Of a DNA stretch of 24,000 nucleotides, positions 13,825-21,020 are shown piece by piece (the first letter of the stretch is position 1; every line of letters starts with the position of its first letter). A program made the translations under genes and the position numbers. The notes under the pieces are model-generated. The model was not told the origin of the DNA, did no database searches, and saw only the letters and a list, made by a program, of their open reading frames with translations. Origin of the DNA: an archaeon GW2011_AR15 (GTDB lineage Archaea; Nanobdellota; Nanobdellia; Woesearchaeales; GW2011-AR15); contig CP010425.1 in NCBI GenBank assembly GCA_000830295.1, forward strand, positions 753,424 to 777,423, in the 5' to 3' direction.

Positions 13825-14424
13825 ATGGCTGAAGCAATTAACCCAGAAACAAAAACAAATCTGCATCTAAATGTTAAAGATCCTGTTTCAGAAGGGAAAG
13901 TAACGCTTACCAAAAATGAGCAAAAAGTGCTAAAGCAGATAATTATTAAGGAAAAGCTATCAGACACTACTATAGCAGGCAGTATGAAGCTTTCCCAGCA
14001 GGCAGTTAACCAGATTAGGTCAAAGCTGGAAAACTTAGGCGTGATTAAAGGGTATTCTCCGATAATAGATTTTGAAAAAATAGGCATTACTGTTATCATT
14101 TTAATAGGTATCAGGCTTACACATAAAGTTTGGGAGAATAAGAAAGAATGGGAAATTGAACAAAACCTAAAGAAAATCCCTTTTATCTTTGAAGCTTATA
14201 GGATAGCCGGCCAGGATATCTCCCATGTACTATGCATGGGATTTAAAGATGACATTCAAAAAGATAAATTCATAAAAAAACTTCAGACTATATATGAAGA
14301 TCAGCTGAACCTTAAGTGGAGTTATTCTTTTTCTGCTAAAGATATAATACTACAGGATCAACTTGGGCTGTTGTATCAAATTATTGATAAAAAAGATTTT
14401 GAATTCGAAAAATTATTCTTGTAG
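13825..14424 (+). CDS. Lrp/AsnC-like transcriptional regulator with N-terminal extension
   Basis: 199 aa. HTH: LTKNEQKVLKQIIIKEKLSDTTIAGSMKLSQQAVNQIRSKLENLGVIKGYSPIIDFEKIG, followed by a RAM-like domain. GGAG 8 nt upstream of the ATG. Confidence 0.7.
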   Translation: MAEAINPETKTNLHLNVKDPVSEGKVTLTKNEQKVLKQIIIKEKLSDTTIAGSMKLSQQAVNQIRSKLENLGVIKGYSPIIDFEKIGITVIILIGIRLTHKVWENKKEWEIEQNLKKIPFIFEAYRIAGQDISHVLCMGFKDDIQKDKFIKKLQTIYEDQLNLKWSYSFSAKDIILQDQLGLLYQIIDKKDFEFEKLFL

Positions 14425-14510
14425 GTTCAATGTGTTTTAGTTCACAATTTTTAATGCTGTAAATCTTGTAGACTACTAGCGATTATTTATGAATTCATGG
14501 CTTCTTATAA

Positions 14511-14729
14511 ATGAATATGGTGAATCATAAAAACCCAATAACGACCTGTTGGTGTTGCAAAAAGAGCTTTGACGGCAACTTTGAGATAAAAAATCTACAA
14601 ATAGTTTGTCCTTATTGTAAAAAACCACAATCGTCTGTCTTCGAAAAAAAATCTCAGGCTGAAATTATAAGAAAATCTAAAGTCACACTAAAAAAGTTTA
14701 AAACAGCATTCAAAAATTCACAGCCATAA
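14511..14729 (+). CDS. Small zinc-ribbon protein (hypothetical)
   Basis: 72 aa. CWCC...CPYC cysteine pairs 24 residues apart. Basic C-terminus. No other support. Confidence 0.4.
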   Translation: MNMVNHKNPITTCWCCKKSFDGNFEIKNLQIVCPYCKKPQSSVFEKKSQAEIIRKSKVTLKKFKTAFKNSQP

Positions 14730-14748
14730 AAAAAGCGGGGCAGAGAAA

Positions 14749-14898
14749 ATGTTATATGTTGATAATAAAGGGAAATTCTTTTCAGAAGAAGAAACTGCAG
14801 CACTCTCATCCTGGGAGATTGAGCTGAGGGGAATCCATGCATATGAAGAGAATCTGGAAAAACGACTCTTCAATCACATGGATGATATGATTATCTAA
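14749..14898 (+). CDS. Possible small protein (49 aa), hypothetical
   Basis: Below the ORF-track cutoff. ATG at 14749 follows the zinc-ribbon gene by 19 nt. Reads MLYVDNKGKFFSEEETAALSSWEIELRGIHAYEENLEKRLFNHMDDMII. Weak support only. Confidence 0.25.
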   Translation: MLYVDNKGKFFSEEETAALSSWEIELRGIHAYEENLEKRLFNHMDDMII

Positions 14899-15080
14899 TT
14901 GGCAGTTTCAGAAATTAGAGATTGTGTCAGTCCAATATAAATATTAAAAATTTTTCTTAATAGTGTGTATCTGCGTATACTACAAGGTTTCTTTGCAAGA
15001 GTATGTTAGTTCACTAGAACCTCTTTATATAGCTATAATCATTAATCTAGTATACAATAAAGAACCATGAGGTGGTTTTA

Positions 15081-15725
15081 ATGGGAAAAAAATATGAATA
15101 CCATAAACAAAATGACTATCCTGGAGAAAGGGTAGCAGAGCAAAAAAGAATCTCTGATAGAGAAGATATTACAAATAAGCGATCTAATACAAAGTCACTT
15201 ATTATTGTAGGGCTATTAGTAATTCTAATTGCTGGAGTTACTTGGGGTTATATGGCTTCGTCACAAGAATCTGATGAGCTAAACTCAAATGATGAGGTGC
15301 TTTTTACAGCAGACACCATGAGGCCAGGCATAGTTAAAGTTTCACCAGCAAACAACGAGTTGAATGTCGAAACGCAAGACGCAGTGACAGTACGATTCAG
15401 CGAACAGATGGATGCGAGTACTATCAATAAATATACTTTCACCGTAGTGCAGAGGACAACTCCAGAAAATGGGCCAACTTCGCCAGATTATCGATCAAGG
15501 CAAATTGAGGGTATAGTTACGTATAATGACTTAGGTCTTATCGCAACCTTTACACCAAAAGAGAAGTTTACACCAAACCAAGAATACGGGAACGTGTTTA
15601 CTGTATCGATAACAACAGCAGTAAAGGATCTTGCAGGCAATTCGCTTTCGCAGGATTATGTGTGGAGCTTTACTACAGGTAGCAACCCGTTTAATACCGG
15701 CACTACAACTTCACAAACAGCTTAA
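15081..15725 (+). CDS. Membrane-anchored protein with bacterial Ig-like (SbsA/Big_5-type) domain
   Basis: TM helice LIIVGLLVILIAGVTWGY, then VSPANNELNVETQDAVTVRFSEQMDASTINKYTFTV...DLAGNSLSQDYVWSFTTG, typical of Big_5 domains. I prefer the ATG at 15081 (GAGGTG 9 nt upstream) over the track's GTG at 15072. Confidence 0.7.
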   Translation: MGKKYEYHKQNDYPGERVAEQKRISDREDITNKRSNTKSLIIVGLLVILIAGVTWGYMASSQESDELNSNDEVLFTADTMRPGIVKVSPANNELNVETQDAVTVRFSEQMDASTINKYTFTVVQRTTPENGPTSPDYRSRQIEGIVTYNDLGLIATFTPKEKFTPNQEYGNVFTVSITTAVKDLAGNSLSQDYVWSFTTGSNPFNTGTTTSQTA

Positions 15726-15932
15726 TTTTTTTTTATTTTTTTAATCAAACCTAAAAATCATGAGTACACTGTTTTCTGAAATATTTCATATTGTTTCACC
15801 GATATTAAATATATCTAAAATGCTACCCTGCATTTACGACTATCGGGGTGAGGAAAATGAGAAGAATAATCCTGCATTGCAGGCAATTTGGGACATTTTC
15901 TTTGAAATAATCCCTTCTATATCAATAACATC

Positions 15933-15939
15933 TATAAAT
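15933..15939 (+). promoter_or_regulatory. TATA-like TATAAAT; 24 nt later begins a degenerate copy of the tRNA-Pro 5' part
   Basis: TATAAAT plus 24 nt leads to G15964 of GGGACATTGGTTAAACTTGGT. This matches GGGGTTGTGGTCTAGCTTGGT (tRNA-Pro 1-21) at 14 of 21 positions. No TATA-like box lies directly upstream of tRNA-Pro. Confidence 0.4.
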
Positions 15940-16024
15940 TAAATGCTTTTCCGATTGTCTAAAGGGACATTGGTTAAACTTGGTTACGTTCACGGAAACC
16001 AAGTTTCCGAGAACCCGAAAAAGC

Positions 16025-16098
16025 GGGGTTGTGGTCTAGCTTGGTATGATTCGCGGTTCGGGACCGCGAGGTCGGGGGTTCGAATCCTCCCAACCCCA
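16025..16098 (+). tRNA. tRNA-Pro (anticodon CGG), no intron
   Basis: GGGGTTG TG GTCT AGCTTGGTA TGAT T CGCGG TTCGGGA CCGCG AGGTC GGGGG TTCGAAT CCTCC CAACCCC A. Confidence 0.85.
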
Positions 16099-16180
16099 CT
16101 TTCAGGTACGCTTGAGCAAAGCGAAACGTACCTTCTCCGTCAATGCTGAAAAGGATTGGTGCGTAATCCTCCCAACCCCA
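16099..16180 (+). repeat. Type A tRNA-trailer insert ending in a 16-nt duplicate of the tRNA-Pro 3' end
   Basis: 16165..16180 is identical to 16083..16098 (aatcctcccaacccca). Homologous in block order to the Ile insert. Hairpins: GGTACG...CGTACC and GGATT-GGTGCGT-AATCC. Confidence 0.75.
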
Positions 16181-16186
16181 TTTTTT
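16181..16186 (+). terminator. Oligo-T run (T6) directly after the distal tRNA-Pro 3'-end copy
   Basis: CAACCCCA TTTTTT. The tRNA itself is followed only by CTTTC. Confidence 0.5.
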
Positions 16187-16241
16187 CGAGGTATTCAAGG
16201 TTCGGGACCTTGAGGTCTGGGTTCGAATCCCAGGAACCCCA
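16187..16241 (+). pseudogene. 5'-truncated tRNA-Pro(CGG)-like fragment: part of D-loop, anticodon arm, T-arm, 3' acceptor strand
   Basis: CGAGGTATT CAAGG TTCGGGA CCTTG AGGTC CTGGG-type T-arm (TGGGTTCGAATCCCAG) GAACCCC A. Stems are perfect but differ from the neighbouring tRNA-Pro. No 5' acceptor strand (GGGGTTC) or D-stem 5' strand is present upstream. Confidence 0.6.
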
Positions 16242-16245
16242 CATC

Positions 16246-16318
16246 GGGCTCGTAGCTCATCGGCCAGAGCGTTCCCCTCGCACGGGAAAGGCAGCGAGTT
16301 CAATTCTCGCCGGGTCCA
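16246..16318 (+). tRNA. tRNA-Ala (anticodon CGC), no intron
   Basis: GGGCTCG TA GCTC ATCGGCCA GAGC G TTCCC CTCGCAC GGGAA AGGCA GCGAG TTCAATT CTCGC CGGGTCC A. The G3:U70 alanine identity pair is present. 73 nt. Confidence 0.9.
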
Positions 16319-16364
16319 TCCTAGATTTTCCTAAAATTATAGTTATTAAATACACAGAATAAAG

Positions 16365-16473
16365 AGCGAGGGGGGGGACTCGAACCCCCGATGATCGGGA
16401 TCTACATGTCATAGCGTTAGCTCATCATCCCGGATGTTGCAGCCGATTGCCTTAGCCGCTTGGCGACCCCCGC
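16365..16473 (-). tRNA. tRNA-Cys (anticodon GCA) with a 37-nt intron at 37/38
   Basis: Minus strand: GCGGGGG TC GCCAAGCGGCTAAGGC A ATCGG CTGCAA[37 nt] CCGAT CATC GGGGG TTCGAGT CCCCC CCCTCGC T. The intron carries ATGATGA inside a GGGAT/ATCCC stem. Confidence 0.8.
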
Positions 16474-16518
16474 GATTCTAGTTACCGTGAAAACAGAGTT
16501 GTTTATAAAAGTTTTTGA

Positions 16519-17439
16519 ATGCAGAGAGAAATACTTAAATATGCGCGTAATACACTTCAGCCGATGTTTGAGACGTTTTCAAGGAGTTGGGAGATAACCA
16601 AGCAGACATTCAGGGTTATTAATGCAGACAGGGAGATACTGCTCTATCCAGTTGTATCGTCAATAATCTCTATAATCTTCTTCGTGGTGATGGTTTTTCC
16701 ATTTATAGCTACAGGCCTTGTCTCAGAAATTCTGTCAAGAGACGCAGGTGCCTTTCTGTTCTGGGTAACATTGTTCGGATTTTACCTGGGAGTTTCATTT
16801 GTGGCAACATTCTTCAATGTGGCAACAGTATACTGCGCAAACAAGAGGTTCCACAAAGGAAACCCAACATTCACAGAAGGGCTCAAAGAGGCATTTAAGA
16901 GGATACACCTGATTTTTCTCTGGTCGCTTGTCTCAGCTACTGTAGGGATACTGATAAACAGCCTTGAGAATTCAGCAAAAAAATCAAAAGGAATTAGCAG
17001 GGTAATAATTTCAGCAGTTGCCAGCCTTGTTGGCATGGCGTGGAGCATAGTAACGCTGTTTGTCATACCTGCCATTGTTATAGAAAATGTAGGCCCTGTT
17101 GACGCAATAAAAAGATCGGCCCAGACACTGAAAAAGACATGGGGAGAAAGCCTTATAAGACATTTTGGGCTCGGAGCTGCTCAGGGTATGTTCTCATTTG
17201 CAGGCTTTTTCTTCTTGTTGGCACCTGCAATAGTAAGCCTTGTATTTTTTCAGAGCATCCTTATGTTTGCCGTCCTGATGGCACTCTTCATTATCTATAT
17301 AGTCATAGTAAGCCTGGTGTTCTCAACAGCAAACACAGTCTTCAACACAGCCCTTTTTGTCTATGCCAAGACAGGCAAGATTCCCGGATTCTATTCCAAA
17401 GATACAATGAAGCACGCTTTCAAGGCAGAGAAGAAATAG
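16519..17439 (+). CDS. Polytopic membrane protein of unknown function
   Basis: 306 aa with at least six hydrophobic helices. The N-terminal amphipathic segment FSRSWEITKQTFRVINADREILLYPVVSSI resembles a widespread uncharacterised membrane family. No catalytic motif recognised. Confidence 0.65.
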   Translation: MQREILKYARNTLQPMFETFSRSWEITKQTFRVINADREILLYPVVSSIISIIFFVVMVFPFIATGLVSEILSRDAGAFLFWVTLFGFYLGVSFVATFFNVATVYCANKRFHKGNPTFTEGLKEAFKRIHLIFLWSLVSATVGILINSLENSAKKSKGISRVIISAVASLVGMAWSIVTLFVIPAIVIENVGPVDAIKRSAQTLKKTWGESLIRHFGLGAAQGMFSFAGFFFLLAPAIVSLVFFQSILMFAVLMALFIIYIVIVSLVFSTANTVFNTALFVYAKTGKIPGFYSKDTMKHAFKAEKK

Positions 17440-17443
17440 TAAG

Positions 17444-17451
17444 AAAAAAAA
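17444..17451 (-). terminator. Oligo-T run (T8) directly after the distal tRNA-Arg 3'-end copy
   Basis: Minus strand: GCAGGCTCA TTTTTTTT. The tRNA itself is followed by TAAGCGAAG with no T-run. Confidence 0.55.
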
Positions 17452-17511
17452 TGAGCCTGCGAGGAGAACTCACTTGCGTTCGTGCTCCTCTGGTCTCATT
17501 CGCTTCGCTTA
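17451..17511 (-). repeat. Type B tRNA-trailer insert ending in a 15-nt duplicate of the tRNA-Arg 3' end
   Basis: 17451..17465 is identical to 17511..17525 (atgagcctgcgagga). Hairpin GAGGAG-[CACGAACGCAAGTGAGTT]-CTCCTC; its 3' strand is part of the duplicated segment. Confidence 0.75.
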
Positions 17512-17585
17512 TGAGCCTGCGAGGATTTGAACCCCGGTATTCAGCTTAGAAGGCTGATGTCCTATCCAGGCTGGACGACAGGCTC
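17512..17585 (-). tRNA. tRNA-Arg (anticodon UCU), no intron
   Basis: Minus strand: GAGCCTG TC GTCC AGCCTGGATA GGAC A TCAGC CTTCTAA GCTGA ATAC CGGGG TTCAAAT CCTCG CAGGCTC A. 74 nt. Confidence 0.9.
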
Positions 17586-17609
17586 GATACTCTATAGAAT
17601 TCTGCAGGC

Positions 17610-17616
17610 ATTTTAA
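17610..17616 (-). promoter_or_regulatory. TATA-like TTAAAAT exactly 24 nt upstream of tRNA-Arg position 1
   Basis: Minus strand: GTTTTAAAAT-GCCTGCAGAATTCTATAGAGTATC-GAGCCTG. Confidence 0.5.
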
Positions 17617-17650
17617 AACGTTTTGGATATAACTAGTAAAAAGCCAAAAG

Positions 17651-18739
17651 TTAAGGCAGCCATGTCTTCGGGTTTTTCAGTTTATCCGGAAGATAATTGC
17701 TTATGACGAAATTCAGGCCGTGCTGTGCGAGTGCCTGCTGCTCCGCCCTTTTTTTCAGCTTTACCATCTCTATGAGGGATTTCTCCCATTGCTTGTAATG
17801 TTTTACAAAAGGATCATTCTTTATACCGTCCTTTATCCTCTTTATATCGACTTCCTTCAGCGGATGCGTAGGCAGCTTGTAGTCTATTATATCCTGAGTT
17901 GTAATGCCGAAGAATTTTGCATTTGGGACGCAGAAATATTTGTTTATGTGCGCGGCGTTTCCAGAGCCAACCTTAAAAGTCCTGTATATGTTCAGGAAGC
18001 CGTATGGGTCGCCGTCTGTGAATACATAGACCGGCAGTTTTCTCTCATCGCTTAATCTTCTTACAAACCGCCTGCATGCCCTTGTCGGCACTCCTCCCAT
18101 TGAAACCAGGATGCAGTTGGCTGTTTTCCAGTAAGTGTGCTTCACAAGCCTCTGGAACATACCTGCAGTCTCTATAGCGAGTATGAATTTTGCATTTGTC
18201 TCGAATTTCAGGTGCTCGACGGAGATTGGTATAGAGTACGCGCCGGAGCCGAACTTGGTGCAGTCTATCCTTATCTCTTTGCCTGTTTCAGGATCCTTGT
18301 CTATCACTACAAGCTTTCCTGCAATGTCCCCTCCTTTCTCCTCAGGAACAAAGCCCATCTGCTCCCGGTTGACCATGAACATGGCTTCTATGTCATCCAT
18401 GACAGTATCTGACTCAACCTGCTCTTTGAACCTTGCATCCCCCCAGTTCTTGCTCACATAATATGTTTCCCTCTTTGTTGCGATATCATCTGTCTCAACA
18501 AGGGTTTTGGAGAGCGCCATCATCTTAAGGGTCTGGGCGAATGTCTTTACAGTTGAAGCAGTCAGAGTTCTCGATTTGAACTTATTGTCCAGCTGGAAGT
18601 AACCCTCTTTTTCGTCATATGTAACATTCTGCAGGCTCCTCAGTGGCATTGAGACTTCAGGCTTTTCCTCTTTAAGTATTTCAGTATATATTCTCTTGGA
18701 TACACTCTTTATCTTCTTTGGAACATCTTCTTCAGTCAT
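17651..18739 (-). CDS. top6A: DNA topoisomerase VI subunit A (Spo11 homologue)
   Basis: 362 aa. Catalytic-Tyr region KRETYYVSKNW. Toprim motifs ILAIETAGMFQRL and VFTDGDPYG. Starts 2 nt after the top6B stop. Confidence 0.95.
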   Translation of the reverse strand: MTEEDVPKKIKSVSKRIYTEILKEEKPEVSMPLRSLQNVTYDEKEGYFQLDNKFKSRTLTASTVKTFAQTLKMMALSKTLVETDDIATKRETYYVSKNWGDARFKEQVESDTVMDDIEAMFMVNREQMGFVPEEKGGDIAGKLVVIDKDPETGKEIRIDCTKFGSGAYSIPISVEHLKFETNAKFILAIETAGMFQRLVKHTYWKTANCILVSMGGVPTRACRRFVRRLSDERKLPVYVFTDGDPYGFLNIYRTFKVGSGNAAHINKYFCVPNAKFFGITTQDIIDYKLPTHPLKEVDIKRIKDGIKNDPFVKHYKQWEKSLIEMVKLKKRAEQQALAQHGLNFVISNYLPDKLKNPKTWLP

Positions 18740-18741
18740 TT

Positions 18742-20532
18742 TTACAATTCCTCTTCTTCATTATCAGAGTAATCTCTCTCCTGATCATCTTCACTGCTTC
18801 CTTCCTCTTCTTCATCAAAATTATCAGCTTCGTTGCTCTCCCTTTTCCTTTTCGGCCCGTAATCTTTTTTCAGCTCATCAAGCTCTTCTTTCTTTATTGA
18901 CCTTGTCTTTTCAAGCACAACTCTCAGATGATCCTCCAGCCTTGCCTTCTCCCCTTCATCCAGGGTTAATATTTCCTGCAGTGCCCCGCTGACATGAGGG
19001 AGGTATTTTGAGATATAATCTACTTTTGTAAGTTCCTGATGCAGTCTTCTCTTCTTTCCAAGGTATTTCCCAAGCTCACGCCCAAGCTCCTGCAGCGCCA
19101 GTTTTATCTCCTTTATTATTTCAGGATAATGGGCAATGGCTTCCTTTGCTTCACTTGTAAAAGGGACCCAGACAGAAGCCATGTGGACAACTATAAGGCA
19201 TCCTCCTATCGGGATGCTTCCCTGGGACTGCTTTAAGCCATAAGGCCTCCAGTTTGTTGAGGTTATTGATTTTGTCACAGCACATGCGCCCTGCTGGTAT
19301 AATAGGGGGACTCTGTTTGCGAATCTCATTATCTCTATTGGCTTGTCTTCGGGCATGTTGCCGCCATATGCTATTGCAGCCTCGATAATGAAAGGGTTTC
19401 CCCTGTAAACAGAAGGGGATCTTGATATTGAATGATAGAATTCAGCATTGAGCTCTTTTTTCAGCCCTTTTTCTATAAGCTCCTTTCCGAGAGGAGAAAT
19501 AGAGTCTGTTGGGGGAGCCATTATCTTTGTTTTCTTTATCCCTTCGAGGAGCTTCTCAGCCATTTCCCTGCTTATGTTTCTCGGGGAAGTTGAAGGAAGA
19601 AGAAAAGACTGCTCGCATATCTCTTTTGCAGTTCCAGCTCCGACTCTGCTGAATTCATTTGTGAGAAAGGCATTCAAAGTCCTGTATTCAGTGTTCTCCA
19701 GCATCTTCATAAGTATGCCGAGCTCCACTCCATATGGATGCGGTTTTATCTCCTTAGGCTCTTTTGGCAGTTCTTCTGTTGCCCTTACGAACATAATCTG
19801 GGAATCCTGGGGCGGCTGGTAAATTATTGTGACATGCGGGTTTATTATTGCAGTCTCCCTCAGATACTCGTCAACAGACTGCGCACCTTTCATATAGTCG
19901 CCTTCAAGGTCAATCTCGACCCTTGTTCCATGATCCCTATGCCATTCAACTTCTTTTTCTGAAACTATAAGGGGCTTGTTTTTTGATGTGTCAAGCTTCA
20001 GTTCTATCTCATGTGCGGGGTATTCAGGCCCTATTTTAGAAATTATTTTGGCAGGCCGTCCTGTTGTAAGCTGGCCATACATGACAGATGCGGAGATACC
20101 TATACCCTGCTGGCCTCTGGACTGCTTTAGCCTGTGAAACTTGCTTCCATACAGCAGCTTTGCGAAGATATTTGGGATCTGCTTTCTCACAATTCCAGGG
20201 CCATTGTCCTCCACGGCAATCCTGTACCTGTTCTCGCCCATATTAGTTATTTCCACTACTAATTCGGGAAGTACTTTTGCCTCCTCGCAGGCATCAAGAG
20301 AATTGTCGACCGCCTCTTTTACAGTTGTAAGAAGAGCCTTTTTCCTGTTGTCAAATCCGAGAAGGTGCCTGTTCTTTTCAAAGAATTCTGCTACAGAAAT
20401 CTCCCGTTGTTTTTTTGCAAGCTCAACTGCAACAGGAGCGGCTTTCTCTTTTTGTGCGTTTGCAGCAGCCCGGGATTCTGCTTTGTCGACTCCATTTAGG
20501 TCAGAAGAGCCAAAATCAAGCGTCTTTTGCAT
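18742..20532 (-). CDS. top6B: DNA topoisomerase VI subunit B (GHKL ATPase) with acidic C-terminal tail
   Basis: 596 aa. Bergerat-fold motifs [23 protein letters not shown]. Transducer domain. Tail rich in D/E ([26 protein letters not shown]). A TATA-like TTTAAAA lies 23 nt upstream of the ATG. Confidence 0.95.
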   Translation of the reverse strand: MQKTLDFGSSDLNGVDKAESRAAANAQKEKAAPVAVELAKKQREISVAEFFEKNRHLLGFDNRKKALLTTVKEAVDNSLDACEEAKVLPELVVEITNMGENRYRIAVEDNGPGIVRKQIPNIFAKLLYGSKFHRLKQSRGQQGIGISASVMYGQLTTGRPAKIISKIGPEYPAHEIELKLDTSKNKPLIVSEKEVEWHRDHGTRVEIDLEGDYMKGAQSVDEYLRETAIINPHVTIIYQPPQDSQIMFVRATEELPKEPKEIKPHPYGVELGILMKMLENTEYRTLNAFLTNEFSRVGAGTAKEICEQSFLLPSTSPRNISREMAEKLLEGIKKTKIMAPPTDSISPLGKELIEKGLKKELNAEFYHSISRSPSVYRGNPFIIEAAIAYGGNMPEDKPIEIMRFANRVPLLYQQGACAVTKSITSTNWRPYGLKQSQGSIPIGGCLIVVHMASVWVPFTSEAKEAIAHYPEIIKEIKLALQELGRELGKYLGKKRRLHQELTKVDYISKYLPHVSGALQEILTLDEGEKARLEDHLRVVLEKTRSIKKEELDELKKDYGPKRKRESNEADNFDEEEEGSSEDDQERDYSDNEEEEL

Positions 20533-20612
20533 GGATTAATCAAAACGAGCAGTGTTTTTAAAGATTTTGATAATGAATAGAAATATAAATCCGGCAAGAC
20601 TACCTCCTGCAA

Positions 20613-21020
20613 ATGAAAAAGATAATACTTGACACCAATTTTGTGTTCCTTCCTTTTACACTGAAGATAGACATATTTTCAGAGATAGACAGGATAATGC
20701 ATGAGCCGTATAATCTTTTTGTTATGGAAGATACAATTGATGAACTTGACAGGATAATGCAGGAACAGAAAGGAAGAGACAGGGAAACAGCCAAAATGGC
20801 CCTCCAGCTCCTCGAGAAAAAGGGAGTGGGAAAACAAAAAAGCTTATATATGACTGGCAATTCCAAAAAACCTATTGTAGACGATATTATCCTTGCTCTT
20901 GCAGACAAAAACCATATAGTTGCGACACAGGACAGGGAGCTCAGGAAGAAACTTACGGAAAAGGGCATAAGGACAATATATGCAAGAAAAAAATCACTGG
21001 AGATAAAAGATGTTCTATAA
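20613..21020 (+). CDS. PIN-domain protein (Fcf1/Utp24-like)
   Basis: 135 aa. Acidic PIN residues in KIILDTNF, VMEDTIDELD, ATQDRELRKK. Its position directly upstream of rpoE' is a conserved archaeal arrangement. Confidence 0.75.
   Translation: MKKIILDTNFVFLPFTLKIDIFSEIDRIMHEPYNLFVMEDTIDELDRIMQEQKGRDRETAKMALQLLEKKGVGKQKSLYMTGNSKKPIVDDIILALADKNHIVATQDRELRKKLTEKGIRTIYARKKSLEIKDVL

Noticed and set aside
14437-15016. Shared 9-mer ttagttcac upstream of the zinc-ribbon gene (14445) and the Ig-like gene (15007) as a regulator site
   Set aside because: 9-mer coincidences are expected many times over in 24 kb, and no dyad symmetry or further shared context was found.
15760-15942. 60-aa ORF between the Ig-like gene and the tRNA cluster
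   Set aside because: It is exactly at the length cutoff, has no Shine-Dalgarno or TATA context and no motif, and its 3' end overlaps the promoter-like box of the tRNA cluster. I cannot support it.
16139-16150. AATGCTGA in the type A insert as a box D (CUGA) of a C/D sRNA
   Set aside because: No RUGAUGA box C lies at a suitable distance. The Ile copy reads CTGG at the same position. The insert is better explained by two hairpins.
15943-16362. Three ORFs (68, 109 and 68 aa) across the Pro/Ala tRNA cluster
   Set aside because: They overlap well-folding tRNA genes and the type A insert, and have no start context or protein-like features.
17139-17549. 136-aa + strand ORF running from inside the membrane-protein gene into tRNA-Arg
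   Set aside because: It is out of frame within a convincing 306-aa membrane protein, and its tail is tRNA/insert sequence.
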